Shown piece after piece: positions 37,874 to 45,593 of a stretch of 64,000 nucleotides of DNA. The stretch covers positions 81 to 64,080 of the forward strand of contig JAAWAX010000014.1 in the NCBI GenBank assembly GCA_022792395.1, in the 5' to 3' direction. Position 1 is the first letter of the stretch; each line of letters opens with the position of its first letter. The notes under the pieces were generated by a model. It made no database searches. It had not been told where the DNA came from and saw nothing but the letters and a program-made list of their open reading frames with translations. The translations under genes were made by a program, and so were the position numbers. This DNA comes from Clostridia bacterium (GTDB taxonomy: Bacteria > Bacillota > Clostridia > TANB77 > CAG-508).

Positions 37874-38080
37874 ATGAAAATGTTTAAATGTGAAAAATGT
37901 GGAAGAGTAACACAAGCAGGAGAAAAACAACATAAAGAAATAGTAGAAACTAGAAACAAAACTTACAATTATATAGATAAATACGGAAAAGAAAAAATAG
38001 TAGATGGATTTGAAATAGTAAAAGAAATTAATGTATGTGAAAAATGTACAGAGGAAGGAAATAGGAGGAAACAAAAATGA
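37874..38080 (+). CDS. Small zinc-ribbon protein
   Basis: CEKCG...CEKC. SD taggagg. Confidence 0.45.
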   Translation: MKMFKCEKCGRVTQAGEKQHKEIVETRNKTYNYIDKYGKEKIVDGFEIVKEINVCEKCTEEGNRRKQK

Positions 38081-38202
38081 ATAAAGAAATTATTTTAGAA
38101 TTAAAGCAAAGAGCAAAAGAGATGTTGGAAGGCAATTATTCAAGAAGACTATCAGAAGAAGAAATATATACAATAATTTGTGAATTAGAACAAAGAGTAT
38201 AG
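38077..38202 (+). CDS. 41-aa early protein
   Basis: ATGA overlap with the upstream gene. Confidence 0.35.
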   Translation: MNKEIILELKQRAKEMLEGNYSRRLSEEEIYTIICELEQRV

Positions 38203-38270
38203 ATAAAGCAACTAGGGTAGGACAAACACACTACCCTAATTTTTTACAAAAGGAGAAAGGAGAAAGTAAA

Positions 38271-39044
38271 TTGAACTATATAAAACAACTCAATGAATTT
38301 TATTCTACATTAGACTACAAACCATTATCTGCTAATTCTATTGCAATATATTTTGTTTTATTGCAAGTAGCTAATAAGACAGGTTGGATTGATAAGTTCA
38401 AAGTAGCTAATACAGTTCTAATGAGTAAATGTGATTTGAATATGCAGAAATTAATAAGAGCAAGAAATAATTTAATAAATCAAGGTTATATAACATATTT
38501 AAAAGGAAAAAACCAAAATGATGCCCCTATTTATAGCATAATCAAATTATATGAGGATATAGCAAACAATAAGGCAAACAATATAGCGAATAATACAGCA
38601 GACAATATAGCGGACAATATGACAAACGATACCATTAATAAACAAAACAAAACGAAACAAAACAAGAAAAGAAGTAGTAGTATAGAAAATAGTTTATGCA
38701 ATCCCAAAATAGAAAAACTGCAAGAAATAATGATTGAAACTATTGGGACTACTAATATTAATAACATTACAGAGTGTATAAGTTATTTAGATAAATTGCC
38801 AATTGAACTAATAGAATATGCTTTAAGAAAGACTGCAAGAATAGAAAGACCAAGTTGGCAATATACGATACCAATTTTAGAAAGTTATATTGACAAAGGA
38901 TTTAAAGGCATAGAAGAGGTTAAGGCAGATGATTTAAAACACAAAAATAAAAATAGTAATGTAATACAAGAAGAAACAGAAGAAGAGAAAAACAAACGAA
39001 AATTAAAAGCACTAGAGGAGGGATTAGCAAATGACACAAAGTGA
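38271..39044 (+). CDS. Replication initiation/organiser protein with a DnaD-like C-terminal domain
   Basis: TTG start after SD aaaggag. The N-terminal wHTH-like region is ..ANSIAIYFVLLQVANKTGW... The C-terminal ..IELIEYALRKTARIERPSWQYTIPILESYIDKG is the DnaD/DnaB_2 signature. It contains an internal 12-nt tandem repeat. Confidence 0.6.
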   Translation: MNYIKQLNEFYSTLDYKPLSANSIAIYFVLLQVANKTGWIDKFKVANTVLMSKCDLNMQKLIRARNNLINQGYITYLKGKNQNDAPIYSIIKLYEDIANNKANNIANNTADNIADNMTNDTINKQNKTKQNKKRSSSIENSLCNPKIEKLQEIMIETIGTTNINNITECISYLDKLPIELIEYALRKTARIERPSWQYTIPILESYIDKGFKGIEEVKADDLKHKNKNSNVIQEETEEEKNKRKLKALEEGLANDTK

Positions 39045-39471
39045 GTTTGTTGAAGCTACTAGTAGAGTAGAACAATATTACGACAAAGAATATACAAACG
39101 AACAAAGAAGAATTATGTTCAAAGAGTTAGAAGATATTGGCATAGATAGATATAGGCAGTTGGTATCAATGGTAATAAGAAAAAGCAAGTTTTTACCTAA
39201 AATTGCGGACTTTGTAGAAGCAAACATTGAAACACCATTTTCTATGCAAAAAGATGATTTACAAAAAGTAGAGTGCAAGAAATGTAATAGCATAGGATAT
39301 CTAGTTTACACAAAAGTAATTAAAGATGGAGATAGAGAGTTGAAGAATCAATATGCTTGTGTATGTGACTGTGGCAATGCTAGAAAATATGAAGGGTGGA
39401 AAGTGACAGACAAGCGATATAGAAGTAATTTCTATACTCCTCTTGCACAAGAATTAGGAATAGGAGGATAA
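39031..39471 (+). CDS. Replication-module protein with a Cys4 cluster
   Basis: 146 aa with CKKCNS...CVCDC. Overlaps the DnaD-like gene. Confidence 0.4.
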   Translation: MTQSEFVEATSRVEQYYDKEYTNEQRRIMFKELEDIGIDRYRQLVSMVIRKSKFLPKIADFVEANIETPFSMQKDDLQKVECKKCNSIGYLVYTKVIKDGDRELKNQYACVCDCGNARKYEGWKVTDKRYRSNFYTPLAQELGIGG

Positions 39472-39476
39472 AACAA

Positions 39477-39821
39477 ATGAATACAATGTGTGAAGAAACA
39501 AGAAGAGAGGCAAACGAAAAAGTAAAAAAAACAACAAGAGAGATACAAGTATTAAGTATATTGAATATGTATAAAGAACTAACATCAAAACAAATAGCAA
39601 GATATATGGCATATAGAAATTATACAAAAGAAATAGATTATAACCATGCTAGACCACGTTTAACAAGGTTGTTAGAAAAAAGAGAAGTTTGTATAGTTGG
39701 AAAAGCATTAGATAGAGAAACAAATTGTAAAGAAGTAGTTTATAAAATAACACAACAAGGAAAAGATAGATTAGCAAAAGGCATCATATCTGAAAATTCG
39801 AATCATTATACGATAGATTGA
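39477..39821 (+). CDS. Winged-helix (MarR-like) small protein
   Basis: ..IQVLSILNMYKELTSKQIARYMAYRN.. Confidence 0.4.
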   Translation: MNTMCEETRREANEKVKKTTREIQVLSILNMYKELTSKQIARYMAYRNYTKEIDYNHARPRLTRLLEKREVCIVGKALDRETNCKEVVYKITQQGKDRLAKGIISENSNHYTID

Positions 39822-39823
39822 AA

Positions 39824-40010
39824 ATGAAGAGAATTATGAAATATAACTATATAGAATTACACGGAAAATGTAAAACATGTCGGTGGCTGTATGAGATTAG
39901 AAAATCCGAATTTTAACGGAACAAATGAATGTGAATATGCAGATGAGCCGATACAGCAAATAAAACAAATTTTAGGAATACAACAAAGAATAGAAGAGGA
40001 GGAAAATTAA
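39824..40010 (+). CDS. 61-aa Cys-rich protein; needs a +1 shift at the in-frame CGG at 39881
   Basis: Reading 39824-39880 then 39882-40010 gives MKRIMKYNYIELHGKCKTC-G-GCMRLENPNFNGTNECEYADEP... The shifted frame ends in a TAATG overlap with the next gene. Confidence 0.5.
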
Positions 40011-40306
40011 TGAGTGTTAAAGGAAAAGTAAAAAGATGTAATAATGAAATAAAAAGATTAGAAGCAAAAATAAAAAATTTAGAATGCCAAAACAGTAATT
40101 TAAGAAAAAATATATTAAAAAACGATGATAATTCGGAGAAAACTAAATTATATGCTAATATTATAAAATTTGCTTTGACAAACCACATTGGAGGATTGCA
40201 TGGAGGTATGATGATAGATTATTTTGGAATTGATAAGATGAATGATTTGAGTCTTGATGTAGAAAGCAATCACTTTGAACATTCTTATATGATTAGAATT
40301 AGATGA
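40010..40306 (+). CDS. Hypothetical small protein
   Basis: 98 aa, coupled to its neighbours. Confidence 0.4.
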   Translation: MSVKGKVKRCNNEIKRLEAKIKNLECQNSNLRKNILKNDDNSEKTKLYANIIKFALTNHIGGLHGGMMIDYFGIDKMNDLSLDVESNHFEHSYMIRIR

Positions 40307-40323
40307 ATGGAGGAGGAAAGCTA

Positions 40324-40551
40324 ATGAGTAAAGCAGATGAGATGTTTAAAGAATTAGGATACAAGAAAAATCATACACAACTAGGAGATATAGAATACTA
40401 TAAAGATGATGATAATGTAATTTATTTTTATCTAGCATATAAAAAATTCAACAAAAGTGGAGAATATGATGGAATGTGCGATTATATTACAATGCAAGAG
40501 CTACAAGTAATAAATGAAAAAGTAAAAGAGTTGGGGTGGTTAGATGAATAA
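40324..40551 (+). CDS. Hypothetical small protein
   Basis: SD ggaggagg before ATG 40324. Confidence 0.4.
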   Translation: MSKADEMFKELGYKKNHTQLGDIEYYKDDDNVIYFYLAYKKFNKSGEYDGMCDYITMQELQVINEKVKELGWLDE

Positions 40552-40831
40552 AGAATTAGAAGAAGTAGAAAAAAGACTTAAAAAAATAATTAATGCAAAA
40601 AGTGGTTGTAGTTATGAAATAGCATTATTTGATTTTGGAGAACATGCAGAAGCAGTCTTAAAAGAACTAAAAAGACTACAAGAAGAAAATAAAAATTCTA
40701 TATCTAAAGACAAAATAAGAGAAAAGATGGTTATAGATAATTCTAAATTAAATAATTGCACTAATTATATTTTAAAAAATATATATAAAGCAAGAATTGA
40801 TTTTGGGCAAGAATTATTGGAGGGAAAATAG
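40544..40831 (+). CDS. Hypothetical small protein
   Basis: 95 aa. Confidence 0.4.
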   Translation: MNKELEEVEKRLKKIINAKSGCSYEIALFDFGEHAEAVLKELKRLQEENKNSISKDKIREKMVIDNSKLNNCTNYILKNIYKARIDFGQELLEGK

Positions 40832-41068
40832 ATGGAAAAAGAAATACAAACAAAGATAATTGAACTATATAATTTGCTAGATAACATAAGTTGGGATATA
40901 TCGAACGCAAGAGAAATGCTAGGAAATTTAGAAATAAGTTTAAAAGAAAAAGAAGAAAATAGCATAAAAGACATAGAAAATCTAAAAAGAGAACTAAAGA
41001 GAGATGGATTACATTCCGACAAGTTAGAAGATTTTTTAGAAAATTACATGAAATATTACAACAAATAA
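40832..41068 (+). CDS. Hypothetical small protein
   Basis: 78 aa with SD ggaggg. Confidence 0.4.
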   Translation: MEKEIQTKIIELYNLLDNISWDISNAREMLGNLEISLKEKEENSIKDIENLKRELKRDGLHSDKLEDFLENYMKYYNK

Positions 41069-41097
41069 TAGAACATACTACACTAAAGAGGTGTAGT

Positions 41098-41302
41098 ATG
41101 CAAGACAAAGAAATAATACAAAAATGGAAAGAAGGCTTAAGCAAAGAGCAATTAGCAAAGCAATATAAAAGACAATACAATATGCAAATTAAGATAATAA
41201 GAGCAGAAGTTAGAAATAGACATAGTCGGACGTTTTATAACGAACAAAGAGGCTCTAAATAAAGTAGAGCAAGTAATATATAAATATTTAAAAAGGAAGT
41301 GA
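41098..41302 (+). CDS. Small HTH protein; probably needs a +1 shift at the in-frame CGG at 41227 (the zero frame would stop at 41262)
   Basis: SD agaggtg. ..IQKWKEGLSKEQLAKQYKRQYN..RNRHS-G-RFITNKEALNKVEQVIYKYLKRK. The shifted frame stops 5 nt before the next ATG. Confidence 0.4.
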
Positions 41303-41307
41303 GAAAA

Positions 41308-41601
41308 ATGATAATAGGTAAAAAAGACAAAGATAAAATTATAAGTTTAGAAGAAAAAAATAAAGAACTTGAAAGAGAAAAAAATAAATTAAAGAATAGC
41401 ATTCTTGAAGATATGTTAAAAAGCGATATTATGCAATTATTAAAAGCTATTATAAAGAATTTCGACAACCAAGAAATAAAAATAAGTATGAAAGAAATAG
41501 AAGAAGCAAATCGTTATGATTTATATGTTCAAGATGAATATCTTGAACATGCTAAAAGGTACATATTGATTGATAGATATAAAGGAATGAACAATATATA
41601 A
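41308..41601 (+). CDS. Hypothetical small protein (linker-flanked cassette)
   Basis: ATG 41308 follows linker copy 1. Confidence 0.45.
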   Translation: MIIGKKDKDKIISLEEKNKELEREKNKLKNSILEDMLKSDIMQLLKAIIKNFDNQEIKISMKEIEEANRYDLYVQDEYLEHAKRYILIDRYKGMNNI

Positions 41602-41624
41602 ATATTTAAAGAGGAAGTGAGAAG

Positions 41625-41825
41625 ATGTTAAAAGTAGATGAAATTAAAGTAAAAGCTTATAATGTGCGACATCTAAAAAGACAAATACACGGAAGAAAAG
41701 ATTGTATTATATTTATACCACATTCTTGTTCAAAAGAAATTGAAAAAATGAATTATTCAGATTATTTAGAATTAGAAGAAGAATTGAAAGTAAGAAATAT
41801 AAAAATACAAGTAGAAAAAGTATAA
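41625..41825 (+). CDS. Hypothetical small protein (linker-flanked cassette)
   Basis: ATG follows linker copy 2. Confidence 0.45.
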   Translation: MLKVDEIKVKAYNVRHLKRQIHGRKDCIIFIPHSCSKEIEKMNYSDYLELEEELKVRNIKIQVEKV

Positions 41826-41848
41826 ATATTTAAAGAGGAAGTGAGAAG

Positions 41849-42034
41849 ATGGCAAGAGAATTACATCGCAGAAAAAAAGACGATAAATATGCTTTGTGGT
41901 CAACAATAGTAGATGATTATGTAACAGACTGGAAAAGCAAGGAAGAAATTGAAAAAGAGTGGCTAGAAGATTTGATTAAGGACGCAAAAGTAAAAGTAAA
42001 AAGTTATATGCAAAGGATAGATAAGGAAGTATAA
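41849..42034 (+). CDS. Hypothetical small protein (linker-flanked cassette)
   Basis: ATG follows linker copy 3. Confidence 0.45.
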   Translation: MARELHRRKKDDKYALWSTIVDDYVTDWKSKEEIEKEWLEDLIKDAKVKVKSYMQRIDKEV

Positions 42035-42062
42035 ATATTTAAAAGAGAAGGAGGTAAGAGTT

Positions 42063-42398
42063 ATGCAAGAAATAGAAGATGGAGAGTATGTAAGACTTAA
42101 TTATGGAAAAATAGATAAAGTAAAAAATACAGACTATATGCAACAATACATTGAATGTGAGAATGGGTTATATCCAAGAGAAAACATAGAAAAACACTCT
42201 AAAAATATAATTGATTTAATCGAGATAGGAGACTATGTAAATAAGCATTTGATTATTAATATTGAGATAGATGAAAATAAAAAACAAAAAATAATAACCA
42301 CGAATAAATACATGAATGAATATTTGCATAATGGTTTAGAGAAAATTGAAACAATAGCAACAAGAGAACAAATGGCAATCATAGAATATAAAATTTAA
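42063..42398 (+). CDS. Hypothetical small protein (linker-flanked cassette)
   Basis: ATG follows linker copy 4. Confidence 0.45.
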   Translation: MQEIEDGEYVRLNYGKIDKVKNTDYMQQYIECENGLYPRENIEKHSKNIIDLIEIGDYVNKHLIINIEIDENKKQKIITTNKYMNEYLHNGLEKIETIATREQMAIIEYKI

Positions 42399-42634
42399 GA
42401 AAAGAGGTAGAAAGAGAATTTAGAAAAACAGACAATAAAGATAGCAAAGAAGAAATCAACAAATTAAAAGAAGAGATAATAGTTTTAAACAATAAAAATG
42501 AAAAACTAGAAAACATAGTGAGAGAAAAAATCAAAAACGACTTAATAGAAAAGATAAGAAAGACAAAAGGAAATTTAAGTAAAGAAAAAATTACAGAAAT
42601 AATAAAAACAATTTAGAAACGGAGTGATAAGCAA

Positions 42635-42853
42635 ATGAGATATAAAACAGATAGAGAATGTTTAAGAGATGCACTAGAAAGAGCAGACAAATTTGAAGAA
42701 CGATATAATAATTTAATAAAAAAGATAAACAAAGGGATAAAAGAACATAGAACGTTAGCAGAAGGAACTAAAAACAAAGATTATGCATTAGCACATAGCG
42801 TGATAGCAGATTATTTACAAGAGTTAAAAGAGGAGGTACAAAATGGAAAATAA
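42635..42853 (+). CDS. Hypothetical small protein
   Basis: SD acggagtg; 72 aa. Confidence 0.4.
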   Translation: MRYKTDRECLRDALERADKFEERYNNLIKKINKGIKEHRTLAEGTKNKDYALAHSVIADYLQELKEEVQNGK

Positions 42854-42998
42854 AGATTGTTTTGCATACAAAGAAAGAAGTGGGCATAGTGGTTGTAGAG
42901 CATTAAATGAAATAGATTGTAAAAATTGTAAGTTTTATAGAAACGACATAAACGAAGCTGAAATAGAACGTGATGTAAGGAATTATGCAAATAAATAA
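42843..42998 (+). CDS. 51-aa Cys-rich protein
   Basis: MENKDCFAYKERSGHSGCRALNEIDCKNCKFY... Overlaps the upstream gene. Confidence 0.4.
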   Translation: MENKDCFAYKERSGHSGCRALNEIDCKNCKFYRNDINEAEIERDVRNYANK

Positions 42999-43016
42999 AA
43001 TAACAAGGAGGTACAA

Positions 43017-43499
43017 ATGAATATTGAAAAAGCATTAAGAGACTACAAGATAAAAAAAGGCAAAATAGAAACAATAAAAGAAAGATGCAAATATTGGCAA
43101 TATTGCCTAGATACGATGTCAGATAATGAAATAGCAAAAGAATTTATATACGAAGCGCCAGATACATATGGAATGCCTAAAGCTAAAAATAATAATAGTC
43201 CAGTAGAAACAACAATAATTGTAAAAGAAGTAACAAGAGACATGGTAAGACAATGGATAAAAGATGATGAATCAAGAATAAGACCACTAGAACACGAAGT
43301 CAAACAAATAGAAATAGCATTAGGTTCACTAACAGAAGAAGAGAATTACATTATAGAGTGCAAATGTATAGACAAATGGAAATGGAGACAAGTAGAAATA
43401 GGATTTAACGATAAATTTAGAACCAATATAACAGAAGAACAATTAAAGAAAAAGAAGATAGAAGCAATTAAAAAAATGGAAGAAATACTAAATAATTAA
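43017..43499 (+). CDS. Phage late-gene activator (sigma-r4 / ArpU-like)
   Basis: SD aaggagg. It is the last gene before the packaging module. ..LTEEENYIIECKCIDKWKWRQVEIGFNDKF.. is HTH-like. Paralogue of 12454-12862. Confidence 0.55.
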   Translation: MNIEKALRDYKIKKGKIETIKERCKYWQYCLDTMSDNEIAKEFIYEAPDTYGMPKAKNNNSPVETTIIVKEVTRDMVRQWIKDDESRIRPLEHEVKQIEIALGSLTEEENYIIECKCIDKWKWRQVEIGFNDKFRTNITEEQLKKKKIEAIKKMEEILNN

Positions 43500-43506
43500 C
43501 ATTAGC

Positions 43507-43539
43507 ACGAAAATTACACGAAAATTACACGAAAATTAT
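43507..43539 (+). repeat. Three perfect tandem copies of CACGAAAATTA
   Basis: The array lies directly downstream of the late activator gene. Confidence 0.85.
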
Positions 43540-43729
43540 CTGTTTTTCTTAAAACAATGTGTTAATATGGTATTATAGAAATGTGTTTAAATACATAAAC
43601 ACAAAATCGCAGTTAGAGAAAAACTAACTCGAGTCCGAGCGATTAATAAGAATACACAGCCCCTCAAAACTAGTTATAGATTTATTTTATAGCTAGTTTT
43701 TAAAATTATTAAGAAAGAAGGAAGAAAAA

Positions 43730-44215
43730 ATGGAATTTAAAAGAGCGTATGAAGCATTAAAACAAGGACATAAAATAAAAAGAGAGCATTGGAGAGGATA
43801 TTGGATTAAAGAAAATGGAACAATAACAATGCATTGTAAAGATGGAAGTGTAATACCGTTTTTAGAAACAGATGATATATTTGTTGATTTAGATAATATA
43901 GTAGCTGATAATTGGATTATTTGTGATGATATAGATGAAAATACATTAAATATTCAAACGTTTACTTTCGGAGAGGCAATTTCTAATTTAAAAAGAGGGA
44001 AAAGAGTTGCAAGAAATGGTTGGAATGGAAAAAATCAATATATAGAATTGGCAAAAAACATAAGTTATTTAAACACAAGTAACAAAGTAATAAATGCAGA
44101 ACACGAAGCAATTGGAAACAAAGCTATTGCATTTGTAGGTACTTCAGGCGTTCAACTTGGTTGGTTAGCCAGCCAAGCAGATATGTTAGCAGAAGATTGG
44201 AAAATAGTAGAATAA
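43730..44215 (+). CDS. Tandem DUF2829-like protein (the family that includes the anti-Thoeris sponge Tad2)
   Basis: The C-terminal half FTFGEAISNLKRGKRVARNGWNGKNQYI...GWLASQADMLAEDWKIVE matches the DUF2829 signature. The N-terminal half FKRAYEALKQGHKIKREHWRGYWI...NIVADNWII is a weaker second copy. Confidence 0.55.
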   Translation: MEFKRAYEALKQGHKIKREHWRGYWIKENGTITMHCKDGSVIPFLETDDIFVDLDNIVADNWIICDDIDENTLNIQTFTFGEAISNLKRGKRVARNGWNGKNQYIELAKNISYLNTSNKVINAEHEAIGNKAIAFVGTSGVQLGWLASQADMLAEDWKIVE

Positions 44216-44479
44216 GTTTTCAAGAACGTATATAAAAATAATATGCGTTCTTTGTATTTTATTATATAAGCAGTATGAAGTATATAAAAATAGAGATAGT
44301 AGAACGGCAAAAAGTAGACTAATGTCGAAAAAAAGCCGTTTAGTTCTAGGGTACATTATCTATAATTTATATATTTCATAGTGCTTATAAAAAAAGACAA
44401 ACCCTAAACTCTTTCGAGAATAGGGCTAATAGATGTGACCAACATAATAACTATTGGCTTATAGAAGTGTTAAGAAAAA

Positions 44480-44743
44480 TTACAAATCAGAGTAGTTTGG
44501 GTGTTCCTCCAACTCTCGTTGGCGTTTTTTATTTATTGATTCTGTAAAAATTGCTTCAAAATCATCAATTGTTTCGTCAGGAACACCGATATTCAGAAAA
44601 ATCAGTCTGGAGAGATGAGTAGTCTGTTCAATGATTTCACTGAACTGTTTTTCATCGTAAAATGCGACACGAGGATTACATTCTTTCCGAACAGGACAAG
44701 ATGTGCAATATTCTTGTTGCATACATACACTTGCAATATACAT
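44480..44743 (-). CDS. 87-aa Cys-rich protein on the opposite strand (moron with its own promoter and terminator)
   Basis: ATG 44743 with SD ggag. The product starts MYIASVCMQQEYCTSCPVRKECNP... It is GC-richer than its surroundings and has an in-frame CGG at 44689-44687. Confidence 0.5.
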   Translation of the reverse strand: MYIASVCMQQEYCTSCPVRKECNPRVAFYDEKQFSEIIEQTTHLSRLIFLNIGVPDETIDDFEAIFTESINKKRQRELEEHPNYSDL

Positions 44744-44777
44744 AATAACACTCCTTTTAAAAATTATAGTTAATAGT

Positions 44778-44806
44778 ATTATAACATAAATTAACATAAA
44801 AATCAA
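44778..44806 (-). promoter_or_regulatory. Promoter of the minus-strand moron
   Basis: On the minus strand: TTGATT (44806-01), 17 nt, TATAAT (44783-78). Confidence 0.5.
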
Positions 44807-44820
44807 ATAAGGTGGCTAAT

Positions 44821-45018
44821 ATGGAAACAATATACCAAACCTACACAAGAGCATTGTGTAGTAACTGTAAAAATAAAGAATTAGATCTATGCGAAATAAG
44901 AAAAGATATAAAAGGCACATTAAAGTGTTGTTACTATGTTAAAGATAAAGACATACAAGGCTACAAGAAGTTTGAAGGAAGATTAGCAAATCAAGGTAAG
45001 CCGATAATGAGGTTGTAA
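44821..45018 (+). CDS. Small Cys-rich protein (paralogue of 12959-13156)
   Basis: SD aggtgg. METIYQTYTRALCSNCKNK... Confidence 0.6.
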   Translation: METIYQTYTRALCSNCKNKELDLCEIRKDIKGTLKCCYYVKDKDIQGYKKFEGRLANQGKPIMRL

Positions 45019-45032
45019 AAGGAGGAATCATC

Positions 45033-45197
45033 ATGTTAGAAGGAAAAGTATTAAAAGACTTTAATGACAAAGAAAACAAACTAAAGAACTATAAGAAAGG
45101 TCAAAAATTTAAAGCAGAAGATAAAAGATATAAAGAATTAGAAATAAAAGGATTCGTAGAAGAAGGCAAAGAGGTAACAACTAAAAAAGACAAGTAG
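45033..45197 (+). CDS. 54-aa Lys-rich protein
   Basis: SD aaggagg. Confidence 0.4.
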   Translation: MLEGKVLKDFNDKENKLKNYKKGQKFKAEDKRYKELEIKGFVEEGKEVTTKKDK

Positions 45198-45209
45198 GTG
45201 GAGTTAGAT

Positions 45210-45593
45210 ATGGCAAAATCTAAATGGGAAGAAGTAAAAGATAAGTTAGTACTCATAGAAGGTTGGGCTAGAGATGGATTAACCAATAAAGAAATAGCTA
45301 TAAGATTAGGAATAGGTGAAACAACATTTTATAAAATAATCAATGAACATTCCGAAGTTTCTGAAGTCCTTAAAAAGGGAAAAGAAGTTATTGACTATCA
45401 AGTAGAAAATGCTTTATTAAAAAATGCATTAGAAGGAAATGTAACGGCTCAAATCTACTGGCTAAACAATAGGAAACCAAAGCAATGGAAAAATAAGAGA
45501 GAAAACACAGAAAGCAACAATGAAGAAATAACAAAAGTAGAAGAGCTATTAAATAAAATCAAAGAGGAAGCAGAAAATGGTAATAACGGATAA
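45210..45593 (+). CDS. Terminase small subunit
   Basis: HTH GLTNKEIAIRLGIGETTFYKII. Immediately upstream of and overlapping the large subunit gene. Confidence 0.65.
   Translation: MAKSKWEEVKDKLVLIEGWARDGLTNKEIAIRLGIGETTFYKIINEHSEVSEVLKKGKEVIDYQVENALLKNALEGNVTAQIYWLNNRKPKQWKNKRENTESNNEEITKVEELLNKIKEEAENGNNG

Larger units (their letters stand above)
41279..42062 (+). repeat. Four copies of a 28-33-nt intercistronic linker TATAAATATTTAAA(G/A)AGGAAGTGAGAAG-ATG
   Basis: Copies lie at 41279-41307, 41597-41624, 41821-41848 and 42030-42062 (the last is degenerate). Each contains the stop of one small gene and the SD of the next. Confidence 0.8.

Noticed and set aside
42385-42400. -1 programmed frameshift from ORF 42063-42398 into the start-less frame
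   Set aside because: No X_XXY_YYZ heptamer lies in the right phase near the stop. The sequence tat-aaa-att-taa does not fit.
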